Shown here one piece after another: positions 44,024-53,248 of a stretch of DNA of 58,161 bases. This DNA is from Chloroflexota bacterium. GTDB lineage: Bacteria > Chloroflexota > Dehalococcoidia > Lucifugimonadales > Lucifugimonadaceae. Each line of letters begins with the position of its first letter. The stretch's first letter is position 1. The notes beneath the pieces were generated by a model. It did no database searches. It was not told the DNA's origin and saw only the letters and a program-made list of their open reading frames with translations. Where the stretch lies: positions 1 through 58,161 of the forward strand of contig JAYYQG010000031.1 in assembly GCA_036128515.1 (NCBI GenBank). Reading direction: 5' to 3'. A program made the position numbers and the translations under genes.

Positions 44024-44857
44024 ATGAATGAAAAAACATTTAAAGCTAAAAATTGTAACTTAAATTACTTTCATAGTGATATAGGGTCAAAGCAAAATTT
44101 ATTTCTTATTCATGGGTGGATGAAAGGCTGGGAAGAGTGGTTTGATCTAATAAGTAAATATAAAGGTAAATATAATATTTATGCTGTTGATTTGCCAGGT
44201 CATAACAAAAGCGGGAAATTAGAAGAATATAATATTGAAAATTATTTTGAGCCTATCTCAGAATTTTTACAATTCATAAATAATGATTTAATTCTTGTTG
44301 GGCATTCTTTAGGTGCTTCACTTTCTTTCTTGTTAGCTTATAAATATAACTTTGTAACTAAAATTGTATTAGAAGACCCACCTTGGTACTCAGAAAATAG
44401 AGGTGAAATATTAAAAAATACTAATAAAGATGAACTAATTGATAACCAACTAAAAAAATATGAATCTATGAGGAATTTTTTTCTAAGAAATAAAGATGAA
44501 TGGAGAACCAGTATAGATGCATTTAGGTCAATAAAAGAATATTACCCTGAAGCCTATCAATTGAATCCTGAGGGGGTCATAATGAGATCAATTTGGGCTT
44601 TTCATCATGATAAAAATATATGGAATGTAAGCGATGATTGGGTTTGGCAAGATGCAATAAATATATCAAAAAACCTAAAAACAAAGACTCTTATAATTGG
44701 TGGAAATATTGAAAAAGGTGCAGTTTTAAATAAAGAAATAGCAAGAGAAGTAAAGAAAAATATCAATGATTGTCAGCTAAAATATATTGATTCAGGGCAT
44801 AATATAAGATTAGAAAAACCTCAAGAATACTATAAAGTTTTGGAAAGTTTTATTTAA
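44024..44857 (+). CDS. Alpha/beta-fold hydrolase
   Basis: LFLIHGW, the nucleophile elbow VGHSLGA and a C-terminal DSGHN (catalytic His). Confidence 0.8.
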   Translation: MNEKTFKAKNCNLNYFHSDIGSKQNLFLIHGWMKGWEEWFDLISKYKGKYNIYAVDLPGHNKSGKLEEYNIENYFEPISEFLQFINNDLILVGHSLGASLSFLLAYKYNFVTKIVLEDPPWYSENRGEILKNTNKDELIDNQLKKYESMRNFFLRNKDEWRTSIDAFRSIKEYYPEAYQLNPEGVIMRSIWAFHHDKNIWNVSDDWVWQDAINISKNLKTKTLIIGGNIEKGAVLNKEIAREVKKNINDCQLKYIDSGHNIRLEKPQEYYKVLESFI

Positions 44858-45077
44858 CTTTGCTTCCAGCTTTTAAATCATTAATGAAGTCTAACAATTC
44901 GTCATTTTGAAACTTCAATATTTTTCCTGACTTATTACTTAACTCAGGATAAGTCCTTTTGAAAAACGCTTCCCAATTTTCATCAGTATCATCCCATGTC
45001 CCTAAAACTTCGTACTCTGAAATATAGTATTCACTATTGCTCACATGATAAACTGAATGTGTAAATTTTTTTTCCAT
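44850..45077 (-). CDS. Hypothetical protein (75 aa)
   Basis: ORF only. It sits directly downstream of the 45078..45416 gene, with the stop and start adjacent. Confidence 0.35.
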   Translation of the reverse strand: MEKKFTHSVYHVSNSEYYISEYEVLGTWDDTDENWEAFFKRTYPELSNKSGKILKFQNDELLDFINDLKAGSKVK

Positions 45078-45416
45078 CTAATTAATTTTTTCCTTATATT
45101 TATTTCTTACCTTGTATCTTATATAAGGTTTTATGTAATAATGTTTCACAAATGTATCAATAGTCGGCATTCCAGCCTTTTTTCTGTACTTGTTCTCTAA
45201 AGCTGTCCATGGACATATCCACCCTTGTCCTATAGCAGCATTTAAAAACCAACTAAACAAGGGGATGCTAATATACCATGGGGCATTAAGAATCATAACC
45301 GGCAAGGAAACTATAAATAAAAAAATATATACATGGTGGGAAATAATTATTAAATATAAAATTATTTGATCGGAAATTTTTCTTTCAATGGCAGCCATAT
45401 AAAAAGTATAATACAT
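45078..45416 (-). CDS. Small membrane protein, possibly DUF2784-like
   Basis: Hydrophobic helices followed by GWICPWTALENKYRKKAG, which resembles the CP(L/W)T..E motif I associate with DUF2784. This rests on weak recollection. Confidence 0.4.
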   Translation of the reverse strand: MYYTFYMAAIERKISDQIILYLIIISHHVYIFLFIVSLPVMILNAPWYISIPLFSWFLNAAIGQGWICPWTALENKYRKKAGMPTIDTFVKHYYIKPYIRYKVRNKYKEKIN

Positions 45417-45441
45417 TTATTAAAAATCCTTAAAATTTATA

Positions 45442-46338
45442 ATGAACAAAATATTAATTGCTGGGTCTTCAAATGTTGATATAACGCACATTGGTGAATT
45501 TATTCCTGATGAAGGCCAGACTTTAATGGCAAAAAGTTCTTATTTGTCTTTAGGTGGTAAAGGCTTAAATCAAGCTGTTGCATCAAAAAGACTTTCTAAA
45601 AATGAAGTTTTTTTTCTATCTGTTCTCGGAGATGATTTTTTAAGTAAATTTGTTCTTCATGGGCTAAAACAAGAAAAAATAAATTCTAAATATCTTAGAA
45701 TTGCAAAAGGAGAAAATACTGGAAGTGCGCTTATATTTATAAATAAAAATTTCAAAAATCATATAAGTGTTTCACCTGAAGCTAATCTACTTTTAAATAA
45801 TAACGAATTAAATATTTTCAAAAAAATAAATAAAGAATTTTCTGTATTACTTTTACAGCAAGAAATACCAATTGACGTAAATATTGAATTTTTAAAAATA
45901 GCAAATGAATCTGGAATAAAAACGATATATGACCCCGGCCCCCCAAGCAAACACGAGAACTTTGATTTTTTTAAATTTGTAGATTTTTTAACACCAAATA
46001 AACATGAAGCTGAATTTATTCTTGGAAAAAAAATAGATGGTTTTGAATTAGAAGCTGCTAAAGAATTAAAAAAACTTGGTTCAAATCACGTAATTATTAC
46101 ACTTGGAAGTGAAGGATTAGTGTATTCAGGTGATTTTGATCAAATTTTTAAACCAATAAAAGTAAATTCCGTTGATCCTGTTGGTAGTGGAGATTGCTTT
46201 AATGGAGCATTGGCATCAATGATTAATAAAGGTGAAGATATTTTTAATTCAATAAATTTTGCTCAAAGAGCAGCTGCGTTTAGTACAACAAGAAAAGGTG
46301 CATCTCAATCATTTCCTTTTCTTAATGAAATTAAGTAA
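45442..46338 (+). CDS. rbsK: PfkB-family sugar kinase, ribokinase-like
   Basis: GGKGLNQAVA near the N-terminus, PNKHEAE and DPVGSGDCFNGALA (the anion hole / catalytic Asp motif). Confidence 0.7.
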   Translation: MNKILIAGSSNVDITHIGEFIPDEGQTLMAKSSYLSLGGKGLNQAVASKRLSKNEVFFLSVLGDDFLSKFVLHGLKQEKINSKYLRIAKGENTGSALIFINKNFKNHISVSPEANLLLNNNELNIFKKINKEFSVLLLQQEIPIDVNIEFLKIANESGIKTIYDPGPPSKHENFDFFKFVDFLTPNKHEAEFILGKKIDGFELEAAKELKKLGSNHVIITLGSEGLVYSGDFDQIFKPIKVNSVDPVGSGDCFNGALASMINKGEDIFNSINFAQRAAAFSTTRKGASQSFPFLNEIK

Positions 46339-46370
46339 CTTTTTTTAAAAACAATATATACAATAGATTT

Positions 46371-46928
46371 ATGTTAAACAGAATGCATTCCATAAAGAAT
46401 ATACCTGGCTTCTTTTTTATATATATTTTGTTATTTTGTATTGTTGGGCTTACTGTAATAGGTTTTATTTTAGGTTGGGTATATTCAGATTTTTCTCCAA
46501 GAAATGAACCAATAATAAAATATGAAGGGAGCGTACAATACAACGATTCTGTTTATAATAATTTTGAAACAACTAAAGAAATTCATAACTATAGATTTCA
46601 AGGATTATCTGGGCAGGAAATTATGGTTGAATTATCAATAGATCCAAGCATTAGATATGGGACAAAGATATATATTAATAACCCTGAACAAATGTTTAAA
46701 GTATTTGAAAACTCTTCTTCTAATAAAATAATTAATGGCAAAGCAATCATTGGTGAAAAGATTTTATTAAAAAATAATGGAACGTATACATTATCAATTG
46801 ATTATGATTTTGAAAGGCATTCTAATTATTATGACTTTGATTATTTCTTTATGTTTTGGGATAGGGATAAAAAAGAATGGGTTAATGATTTCCCTGAATA
46901 CAATTTTATTATCTCAGAAAATTATTAA
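46371..46928 (+). CDS. Hypothetical membrane-anchored protein
   Basis: An N-terminal TM helix followed by a beta-rich domain. TACAAT lies exactly 6 nt upstream of the ATG. There is no homology evidence. Confidence 0.45.
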   Translation: MLNRMHSIKNIPGFFFIYILLFCIVGLTVIGFILGWVYSDFSPRNEPIIKYEGSVQYNDSVYNNFETTKEIHNYRFQGLSGQEIMVELSIDPSIRYGTKIYINNPEQMFKVFENSSSNKIINGKAIIGEKILLKNNGTYTLSIDYDFERHSNYYDFDYFFMFWDRDKKEWVNDFPEYNFIISENY

Positions 46929-47869
46929 GGTTGATGGACAATTTCTGAGAATGGGAATATCCCTTCAACACCACTATTCCTGAAAACCTCTAAAGTTGTG
47001 TCATAATGATCCTCAGAAATATTAACTTCACCATTCCAGCAATTTAACTTTTGATAAATACTAATTGTTTTTTCTAGGGCATCAACATCTGTTTCTGGAA
47101 AAAATTCAAAAATTATTTCTGAAATTGTAGATGGATCTTGGGTTTGAGCAAATAATTTAGTTGTATGAAATATTTCGATAAATTTGTGGTATTCCTTGGT
47201 TTCTAAATATTCTCTTTTACAAATAAGAGTACTAAAAGATAATGGGCCAATAATTTTTCCAATATATTCAACAATATCTCCAACTTTAGATCTTAAAATA
47301 TTTTTTCCCTCTTCATCATATAAGTCATAAGTAAGATCCATTGATTGAGGTGCTTGAAGATGAATAAAGTCACCAATACCTTCCCTAAATTTTTTTATCA
47401 TATTTTCTGGGCTTCCAGCATCAATAACATTTAAGTTATTAAAATCAACATTTTTCTTTGAGCATGCGTATTTGAACATGTATAGAGGCTGAGTTGAGTG
47501 ATCAACTAAAATTTCTTTATGATTTAACATCTCCCAATTAAATATTTCATCAGTTTCAATGCCTGATCTTTGCACCAAATGAAACCCGTCCATTTTATTT
47601 ATTTCAGCAAAATGAACTATATCTTTTGAATATTTATTATTCCAACTACCTGAAACAGATGATTGGGCAATATCTATTTCACCATTAGAAATCTTTTCGT
47701 AAACATTTTCATTATATTCTGCAACTGAATAACTACATTCGAAATCTTCAGACATTGATTTCATAAAACTTTGGTCTGTTGACCCAAGCTCAACGGCAAG
47801 TAATAGAGGAGTGTAGAAAGCAGAATGCCTTGAAGACATTACTTTAATTGGTTTAATTATATCTTCCAA
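46925..47869 (-). CDS. Cytoplasmic periplasmic-binding-protein-fold (NMT1/THI5 or SsuA-like) protein, tentative
   Basis: SRHSAFYTPLLLAVELG near the N-terminus resembles NMT1/SsuA-type binding proteins. No signal peptide is present. Confidence 0.35.
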   Translation of the reverse strand: MEDIIKPIKVMSSRHSAFYTPLLLAVELGSTDQSFMKSMSEDFECSYSVAEYNENVYEKISNGEIDIAQSSVSGSWNNKYSKDIVHFAEINKMDGFHLVQRSGIETDEIFNWEMLNHKEILVDHSTQPLYMFKYACSKKNVDFNNLNVIDAGSPENMIKKFREGIGDFIHLQAPQSMDLTYDLYDEEGKNILRSKVGDIVEYIGKIIGPLSFSTLICKREYLETKEYHKFIEIFHTTKLFAQTQDPSTISEIIFEFFPETDVDALEKTISIYQKLNCWNGEVNISEDHYDTTLEVFRNSGVEGIFPFSEIVHQP

Positions 47870-48370
47870 TTAATATCTCCAATCCCATTTTCCATAACCT
47901 GGATTTCCAGGTTTCTTTCCAAGTAATTGTCTAACAGATGCAATTTCGCCTAGATGATTCCATAAATGAAATATAAGCCTGGAAATATCTGTTCCAAGGT
48001 TAATTTTTTCAGCTTCAGATCCATGTTTAAATTCAGCAGTAAATTTATTTTTTAGCTCTCGTTCATCTAAGTTGATCAAAGAATCCTTTACAATATCAGT
48101 TGATGATTTCCATAAATTTAAAATTTCATCAAGTTCAGGGGTTGAATGAGGCATTCCATTCATATATTTTTTTGCTTCTTCGGGAATATCTTTGTTAGAA
48201 ATTTTATTTGCAATAGAAAAATTGTAATAAGAGCAATGACCTAACAACCATCCAATACAATTCATTGGCTCGAATATCTTTTTGATTTCGCTGTCGGTCA
48301 AGTCATTTATATATGCACCCATTTGATCAATTGATAGAAGATAATGAGAAATAATAGAGTTTTTGTTCAT
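47870..48370 (-). CDS. DinB-family (four-helix-bundle metalloenzyme-like) protein
   Basis: The spacing of the His residues (WLLGHCSYY ... HLWNHLGE) is typical of DinB/YfiT-like proteins. An AGGAG Shine-Dalgarno sequence lies upstream. Confidence 0.5.
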   Translation of the reverse strand: MNKNSIISHYLLSIDQMGAYINDLTDSEIKKIFEPMNCIGWLLGHCSYYNFSIANKISNKDIPEEAKKYMNGMPHSTPELDEILNLWKSSTDIVKDSLINLDERELKNKFTAEFKHGSEAEKINLGTDISRLIFHLWNHLGEIASVRQLLGKKPGNPGYGKWDWRY

Positions 48371-48380
48371 AAATTACTCC

Positions 48381-48563
48381 TTAAAAATTTGCTAACATTA
48401 TCATAAACAATCCCACAGTTATTGAAAACACCAATAATAAAAGGGAATTTTTTCTTTTCTCACTTGTCAGTTTTCTATTTTCTGCATTCCTGAAAAGCAT
48501 CGATATTGATAACATTAATGAAGAAATAGTTAAGAAAATGAAAATATTAGATAAATAGCTCAT
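48381..48563 (-). CDS. Small two-TM membrane protein, hypothetical
   Basis: 60-aa ORF with two hydrophobic helices. Its start codon is back-to-back with the trhO start (CATATG). Confidence 0.35.
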   Translation of the reverse strand: MSYLSNIFIFLTISSLMLSISMLFRNAENRKLTSEKRKNSLLLLVFSITVGLFMIMLANF

Positions 48564-49499
48564 ATGAATAAATTTAAAATAATTGCATTTTACGAGTTTA
48601 TAGAAATAAAGAATTTATTAGAAATTAAAGAAAATTTACGCAAATTTGCTACCTTAAACAGAATTAAAGGGACAATATTAATTTCAAGAGAAGGTATAAA
48701 TGGGACTGTTGCTGGTTCTCAAAATTCAATAGATGAATTAGTTTCAAAATTAGCTTCATATGGATTAAAAAAAATTAATCCTAAGTTTTCTTATTCAGAG
48801 TTTTTACCTTTTCCAAGATTAAAAGTTAGATTAAAGAAAGAAATAGTAACTTTCAGAAAAAATGATCTTGACCTTGAAAATAACAAGGGTGAATATGTTG
48901 ATCCTGAAAATTGGAACAATATTTTAAATGACCCCGAAATAACTATTATTGATGTAAGAAATGATTTTGAAGTCGAAATGGGGTCATTTAAAAACTCAAT
49001 TAATCCTAAAACAAAGAATTTCACTGAATTTAAAGAGTATGCTGATAAAAATATAACAAACTCAAAAAAAATTGCTATGTTTTGCACAGGGGGAATTAGG
49101 TGTGAAAAAGCGAGTTCATATCTTCTTTCTAGTGGTGTTGAGAAAGTATATCAATTAAAAGGTGGAATACTTAAATATTTAGAAAATATAAACATAAATG
49201 ATAGTTTGTTTGAGGGTGAGTGTTTTGTTTTTGATAGAAGAGTATCTTTGACCCATGGGTTAAAAGAAGGTAATTACCGAATTTGTTCTGGTTGCAGAAA
49301 CCCAATAAACGAAGAAGATAAAAAATCAAAATTTTATGAGGCAGGCGTATCTTGTAAAAAATGTTATAGCATAACGTCTGATGCAAAAAAAATTGGGTTA
49401 AGAGAAAGGAATAAGCAAGTTCAAATTGCTAAAGAAAAAAATCTTGATAATCCATTTATTGATGTAAGTCACGAGGATTTTTTTGAAAGCGGGATTTAA
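48564..49499 (+). CDS. trhO: Rhodanese-domain protein of the UPF0176/YceA family (tRNA U34 hydroxylase TrhO)
   Basis: FYEFIEI...IKGTILISREGINGTVAG at the N-terminus, the rhodanese loop FCTGGIRCEKAS and a C-terminal Cys-rich segment. Confidence 0.8.
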   Translation: MNKFKIIAFYEFIEIKNLLEIKENLRKFATLNRIKGTILISREGINGTVAGSQNSIDELVSKLASYGLKKINPKFSYSEFLPFPRLKVRLKKEIVTFRKNDLDLENNKGEYVDPENWNNILNDPEITIIDVRNDFEVEMGSFKNSINPKTKNFTEFKEYADKNITNSKKIAMFCTGGIRCEKASSYLLSSGVEKVYQLKGGILKYLENININDSLFEGECFVFDRRVSLTHGLKEGNYRICSGCRNPINEEDKKSKFYEAGVSCKKCYSITSDAKKIGLRERNKQVQIAKEKNLDNPFIDVSHEDFFESGI

Positions 49500-49723
49500 A
49501 CAAGTTTTTTACCTTTTTCAGTAATCTTGTATCCATGATAATAAGCAACCATTTTATTGTCAGATAATTCTTTTAACTGGTTTTTAATTGTTAAAGTTGG
49601 ATTTGTAGTTTTTAAATTCTTTTTAAATTGGTTTAAGCAATTTTCTACTATTTCGTCTTTATACATAAATTGTTCACTTAACAGTTTTAATATGTATAAT
49701 TGAATTTCGTTATTAATTTCCAT
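49496..49723 (-). CDS. Hypothetical small protein, possibly winged-helix
   Basis: 75-aa ORF. The LYILKLLSEQFMYKDEIV segment resembles a PadR/MarR-like recognition region. This is weak evidence. Confidence 0.35.
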   Translation of the reverse strand: MEINNEIQLYILKLLSEQFMYKDEIVENCLNQFKKNLKTTNPTLTIKNQLKELSDNKMVAYYHGYKITEKGKKLV

Positions 49724-50051
49724 AATTTATATATGTCTTACTTTCTTTAATTACTTTACTATCATAAAACTTTGCGGGGCAGTTGTCTTCGATAATTTTA
49801 AATGTTCTTTTTGCGCCAGGATTCCAATATTCATCAGGTTGGGTCATTGGATCAGGAAATTCTGGGTAATAATTTCTTGGGGGTAGTGTTTTTATAGACC
49901 TCGGAGTCAGTGCAGTTACATCATGATTGTGGCTAAGTAAGATTGTTGTTATTGCAGTAATACAATTTTCTAATTCTTTTTCATATTCCTGGTTAACACA
50001 TCCAAAAAATAAAAATAATGATAATAACAATAATCTTTTTTTAATATCCAT
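49713..50051 (-). CDS. Hypothetical lipoprotein
   Basis: MDIKKRLLLLSLFLFFGC is a lipoprotein signal peptide. I therefore moved the start from the track's 50072 to ATG 50051. Confidence 0.5.
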   Translation of the reverse strand: MDIKKRLLLLSLFLFFGCVNQEYEKELENCITAITTILLSHNHDVTALTPRSIKTLPPRNYYPEFPDPMTQPDEYWNPGAKRTFKIIEDNCPAKFYDSKVIKESKTYINYGN

Positions 50052-50183
50052 GATCACTATACCCTTCGCCATAATCTGGCAAACTTGATTTTACTCTTTC
50101 ATTTTCACCAGTATTTAGAAAATAAAAAATTAATATACTTATAACAAGAAAGATAATTATAAAAAATCTTTTTTTCAATTTTA

Positions 50184-51512
50184 TTATGCTGTAAATTTTA
50201 TACTTCCAGATTCAACTCTATTTTTCCAGATTGAACCCCCAGGATATTGATGTGAATCAAAAAAACTATCTTTCATCTCGAGTCCCCAACCATACGATTC
50301 AGGAGCAATGTACCTTCCGTTTTTAACTTTCACTGGGTTGATAAAAACATCATCTTGTAAAAAATTTAAATATTCACAAACTTGATTTTCTGAGTGACTT
50401 GAAACTTTTATTTGGTCCCACATTGAATAATGAATAATCATATTGCATAATCCAATACCTCCACCGTGAGGGCAAACTGGGACATTGAATTTTTTTGCTA
50501 ATAAAATAACAGCTAAAACATCATTTACTCCACCTAGTCTACTAGCATCAATCTGGCAATAACCAATAGCTCCTGATTTTAATAATTGTTTAAATATTAC
50601 TGGAGATTGAACTTGTTCCCCTGTTGCGACTTTAATTCCATAAGGTTCTAATGCTTTAGCTATTTCAAGATGACCTTGGACATCATCTCTTGCAGTTGGT
50701 TCTTCTATCCAAGTTATATTAAATCTAGAAAGCTTTTTCATATATTCTATTGCTTCATCAACTCCTAGAACTTGATTGCAATCTGTCATTAACTTTGATG
50801 CTTCTCCAATTTGTTTCCTGATAAAAGTTAATCTTTCAATATCATGATTTATATCTTGCCCAATTTTCATTTTAAAAGCATCAAAACCTTCATTCTTCAT
50901 TTCACTGATAGTGTCAGAAATTTGTTGATCTGTTAACCCTAGCCAACCAGCAGTTGAATATGCCTTTGGCCCTTTATTTAACAAATTATCTTCAAGATTT
51001 TTATGTATAGAAGACTTTTCATTTAAAATAGATATCGCTTCTTCAGGCGTCAATGCATCTTTTAAATATCTCCAATCTATAGATGAAACTATTTTTTCAG
51101 GCTCTAAGTCTACTAAAAGTTTCCAGAGAGGTTTTTTTTCTATTTTTGCCCAGCAATCCCACATTGCATTCATAATGCAACCTAATGCCATCCTGTTAAC
51201 TCCATCTGCAAGCCATCTAAGCTGATGATGATCATTTATTTCTTTGTATAAATTTCCAGGATTAGTTGTAAAATCTTCAAAACTATAATCTTCTAGGAGC
51301 TTTGAAATATCATTTACTCCATAAACAATCCAGTCATTTCCTGCACCAGAAGTAAAACATACTGAATGACCGACAGTTCCATCACTAAGTTGAATAGATG
51401 TATATACACATGAATAATTAGGTTTTTTATGAAATGGGTCTGACCCTAGCAAAGTGTCTGATGTTGGTACCCTTATATCAGCAACTTCCGTTTTTACTAC
51501 TTTCATTTTCAT
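50184..51512 (-). CDS. Enolase-superfamily acid-sugar dehydratase, L-fuconate dehydratase-like
   Basis: 442 aa with FKMKIG, MTDCNQ, WIEEP, ATGEQ and CQID. The length and pattern match the FucD subgroup as I remember it. Confidence 0.6.
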   Translation of the reverse strand: MKMKVVKTEVADIRVPTSDTLLGSDPFHKKPNYSCVYTSIQLSDGTVGHSVCFTSGAGNDWIVYGVNDISKLLEDYSFEDFTTNPGNLYKEINDHHQLRWLADGVNRMALGCIMNAMWDCWAKIEKKPLWKLLVDLEPEKIVSSIDWRYLKDALTPEEAISILNEKSSIHKNLEDNLLNKGPKAYSTAGWLGLTDQQISDTISEMKNEGFDAFKMKIGQDINHDIERLTFIRKQIGEASKLMTDCNQVLGVDEAIEYMKKLSRFNITWIEEPTARDDVQGHLEIAKALEPYGIKVATGEQVQSPVIFKQLLKSGAIGYCQIDASRLGGVNDVLAVILLAKKFNVPVCPHGGGIGLCNMIIHYSMWDQIKVSSHSENQVCEYLNFLQDDVFINPVKVKNGRYIAPESYGWGLEMKDSFFDSHQYPGGSIWKNRVESGSIKFTA

Positions 51513-51607
51513 ATTTAATCCTTTATAAAGATATTATATTGAAAAAATAAAATTAAATCTTTAATTTGAAACTTTAAAAAGTTTTTAATTTAAAATATAT
51601 TGTTTAG

Positions 51608-52267
51608 ATGGATAATAATAATCAAAAAGATTCAATTGTTGAAAAAGAAAAAAAATTAGCTCTGTGGTTTAGGTCAAGATTTTTCACTGGTATCTTTGTT
51701 TTTCTCCCCCTTGCCGTAACTTACTTTATTTTGAGTTTTGTTTTTAATTTAATTGATGGAATTTTTAGGCCTTACTTTGAAACAATTTTTGACAGAAGGT
51801 TGCCTGGATTAAGTTTTGTTTTAATTGTATTTATAGTTTTGGTATTAGGAATATTGGCAAATAATACATTTGCAAGAAATAGGTTTGGATGGATTGAGTC
51901 AGTCCTAAAAAAAATTCCTCTTGTTGGTGCAACTTACACAACATCTAAAGAAATAGCTGAATCTTTTAGAGGTTCCGGTAGCGGTGATTTTGGAACAGTA
52001 GTTGCTATTCAGTACCCAAGGAAAGGGACATGGACTGTTGGTTTTTTAACAAAGACAATTGATTTTGAAAACGATAAAAAACACGGGATTGTTTATATGC
52101 CATCAACACCAGTCCCCAATACAGGCTGGATGGTATTAATTCCTACTGATGAAATTAGATACTTAGATATCTCTGCTGATAAAGCAATGAAATTTATTAT
52201 TGGTGGAGGAATTGGTAGCCCAAGCTATATCGAATGGGTTGGAAGAGAAAAAGAATTGGCAGATTAA
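51608..52267 (+). CDS. DUF502-family membrane protein
   Basis: FFTGIFVFLPLAVTYFILSFVFNLIDG, IPLVGATY and PNTGWMVLIP are typical of DUF502. Confidence 0.7.
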   Translation: MDNNNQKDSIVEKEKKLALWFRSRFFTGIFVFLPLAVTYFILSFVFNLIDGIFRPYFETIFDRRLPGLSFVLIVFIVLVLGILANNTFARNRFGWIESVLKKIPLVGATYTTSKEIAESFRGSGSGDFGTVVAIQYPRKGTWTVGFLTKTIDFENDKKHGIVYMPSTPVPNTGWMVLIPTDEIRYLDISADKAMKFIIGGGIGSPSYIEWVGREKELAD

Positions 52268-53188
52268 TTAGAATTCAAATTTCGTTTCAAATTCTAATTT
52301 CCCAACAAAATCAGTTTCTACCTTAAATAAAGATCCCCCTAAATATGTACCTTTAGGAACATTTGCTAAGTTGTCTGGAGTGGCTGCTGAAGTTACATAC
52401 AGGTCAGATAATGAGGAGCCACCAAACATACAGCTTGAAGTTTGATAGGCATTAATATTGATTTTTTCTACAACGTTCCCTTTTTGGTCTATTCTAATAA
52501 CCCCAGAACCTCCCCAAATTGCACTCCAAACAAAACCTTCAGAGTCAACAGTCATTCCATCTGGACCACCTTCATCATTATGTTCATACCATTCTTCTGC
52601 TTGACCAATTTCATTGGTTTCAGTGTTGTATGAGTGCCTTACAATTTTACCTTTTGAAGGGTCAGAATGATAAAAATAATTAAGATCAGGTGAAAAACCC
52701 ATTCCATTTGAACATCCGTGATTTTCCGAAATAATTTCAACATCTCCATTAGGAAAAAATCTATATAATTTACCGGTTTTTTCATAACCAAGAACATTTG
52801 AAGGGTAGAAAGTTCCAGCTAAGAAAGATCCGTCTGGAGCTGCAATACAGTCGTTAAACTGTAATTTTTCACCTTTAAAAGTTCCTTGATGTATCCACCT
52901 TTTTTTTCTGTCAGATTCCCATAACAAAACTCCATTCCAGGTTCCTAGAGTTAAGCCACCAAATGAATTTTTAGAAAACCCACCAACATAAATGCCAGAG
53001 TAAATCGTTTTATTTTCACCAGTAGAAGGATTGAATTCAAACAATCTTCCAGACCTGATATCTGCCCAATAAAGTACTTGAGATTCATCATCCCAAAGAG
53101 GCCCTTCTCCGACATTTGCTTGTTCATCTGCAACTTTTGAAATGTTATACATAATGATTATTTTACCAATTGACCATATTCTAGCCAA
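52268..53188 (-). CDS. SMP-30/gluconolactonase/LRE-like beta-propeller protein
   Basis: VGEGPLWD near the N-terminus, NGMGFSPD and PDGMTVDSEGFVW. The track start is a TTG. ATG 53152 (MYNISK...) is a plausible alternative. Confidence 0.8.
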   Translation of the reverse strand: MARIWSIGKIIIMYNISKVADEQANVGEGPLWDDESQVLYWADIRSGRLFEFNPSTGENKTIYSGIYVGGFSKNSFGGLTLGTWNGVLLWESDRKKRWIHQGTFKGEKLQFNDCIAAPDGSFLAGTFYPSNVLGYEKTGKLYRFFPNGDVEIISENHGCSNGMGFSPDLNYFYHSDPSKGKIVRHSYNTETNEIGQAEEWYEHNDEGGPDGMTVDSEGFVWSAIWGGSGVIRIDQKGNVVEKININAYQTSSCMFGGSSLSDLYVTSAATPDNLANVPKGTYLGGSLFKVETDFVGKLEFETKFEF

Positions 53189-53248
53189 CCTATTTAAATT
53201 TAAGATTTTAAGATAAAATAATTTAGTTTTAATCTTATAGGAGTGAGC

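Noticed and set aside
50041-50178. A 45-aa TTG-initiated minus-strand ORF ((M)KKRFFIIIFLVISILIFYFLNTGENERVKSSLPDYGEGYSDHGY) in the gap between the FucD-like gene and the lipoprotein gene.
   Set aside because: It has a non-ATG start, no Shine-Dalgarno sequence, and a hydrophobic composition expected by chance in AT-rich DNA. It might be real, but I cannot support it from the sequence alone.
51565-51582. A short inverted repeat, AAACTT-taaa-AAGTTT, in the FucD-like/DUF502 divergent region, and AAGAT repeats upstream of panB (about 53200..53240).
   Set aside because: The arms are only 5-6 bp and pure AT-rich sequence, which is expected by chance here. They are not comparable to the CG-containing array upstream of amt.
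53243-53248. GTG 53243 as the panB start, as given in the ORF track.
   Set aside because: The GTG overlaps the AGGAG Shine-Dalgarno sequence itself. ATG 53249 has the correct spacing.
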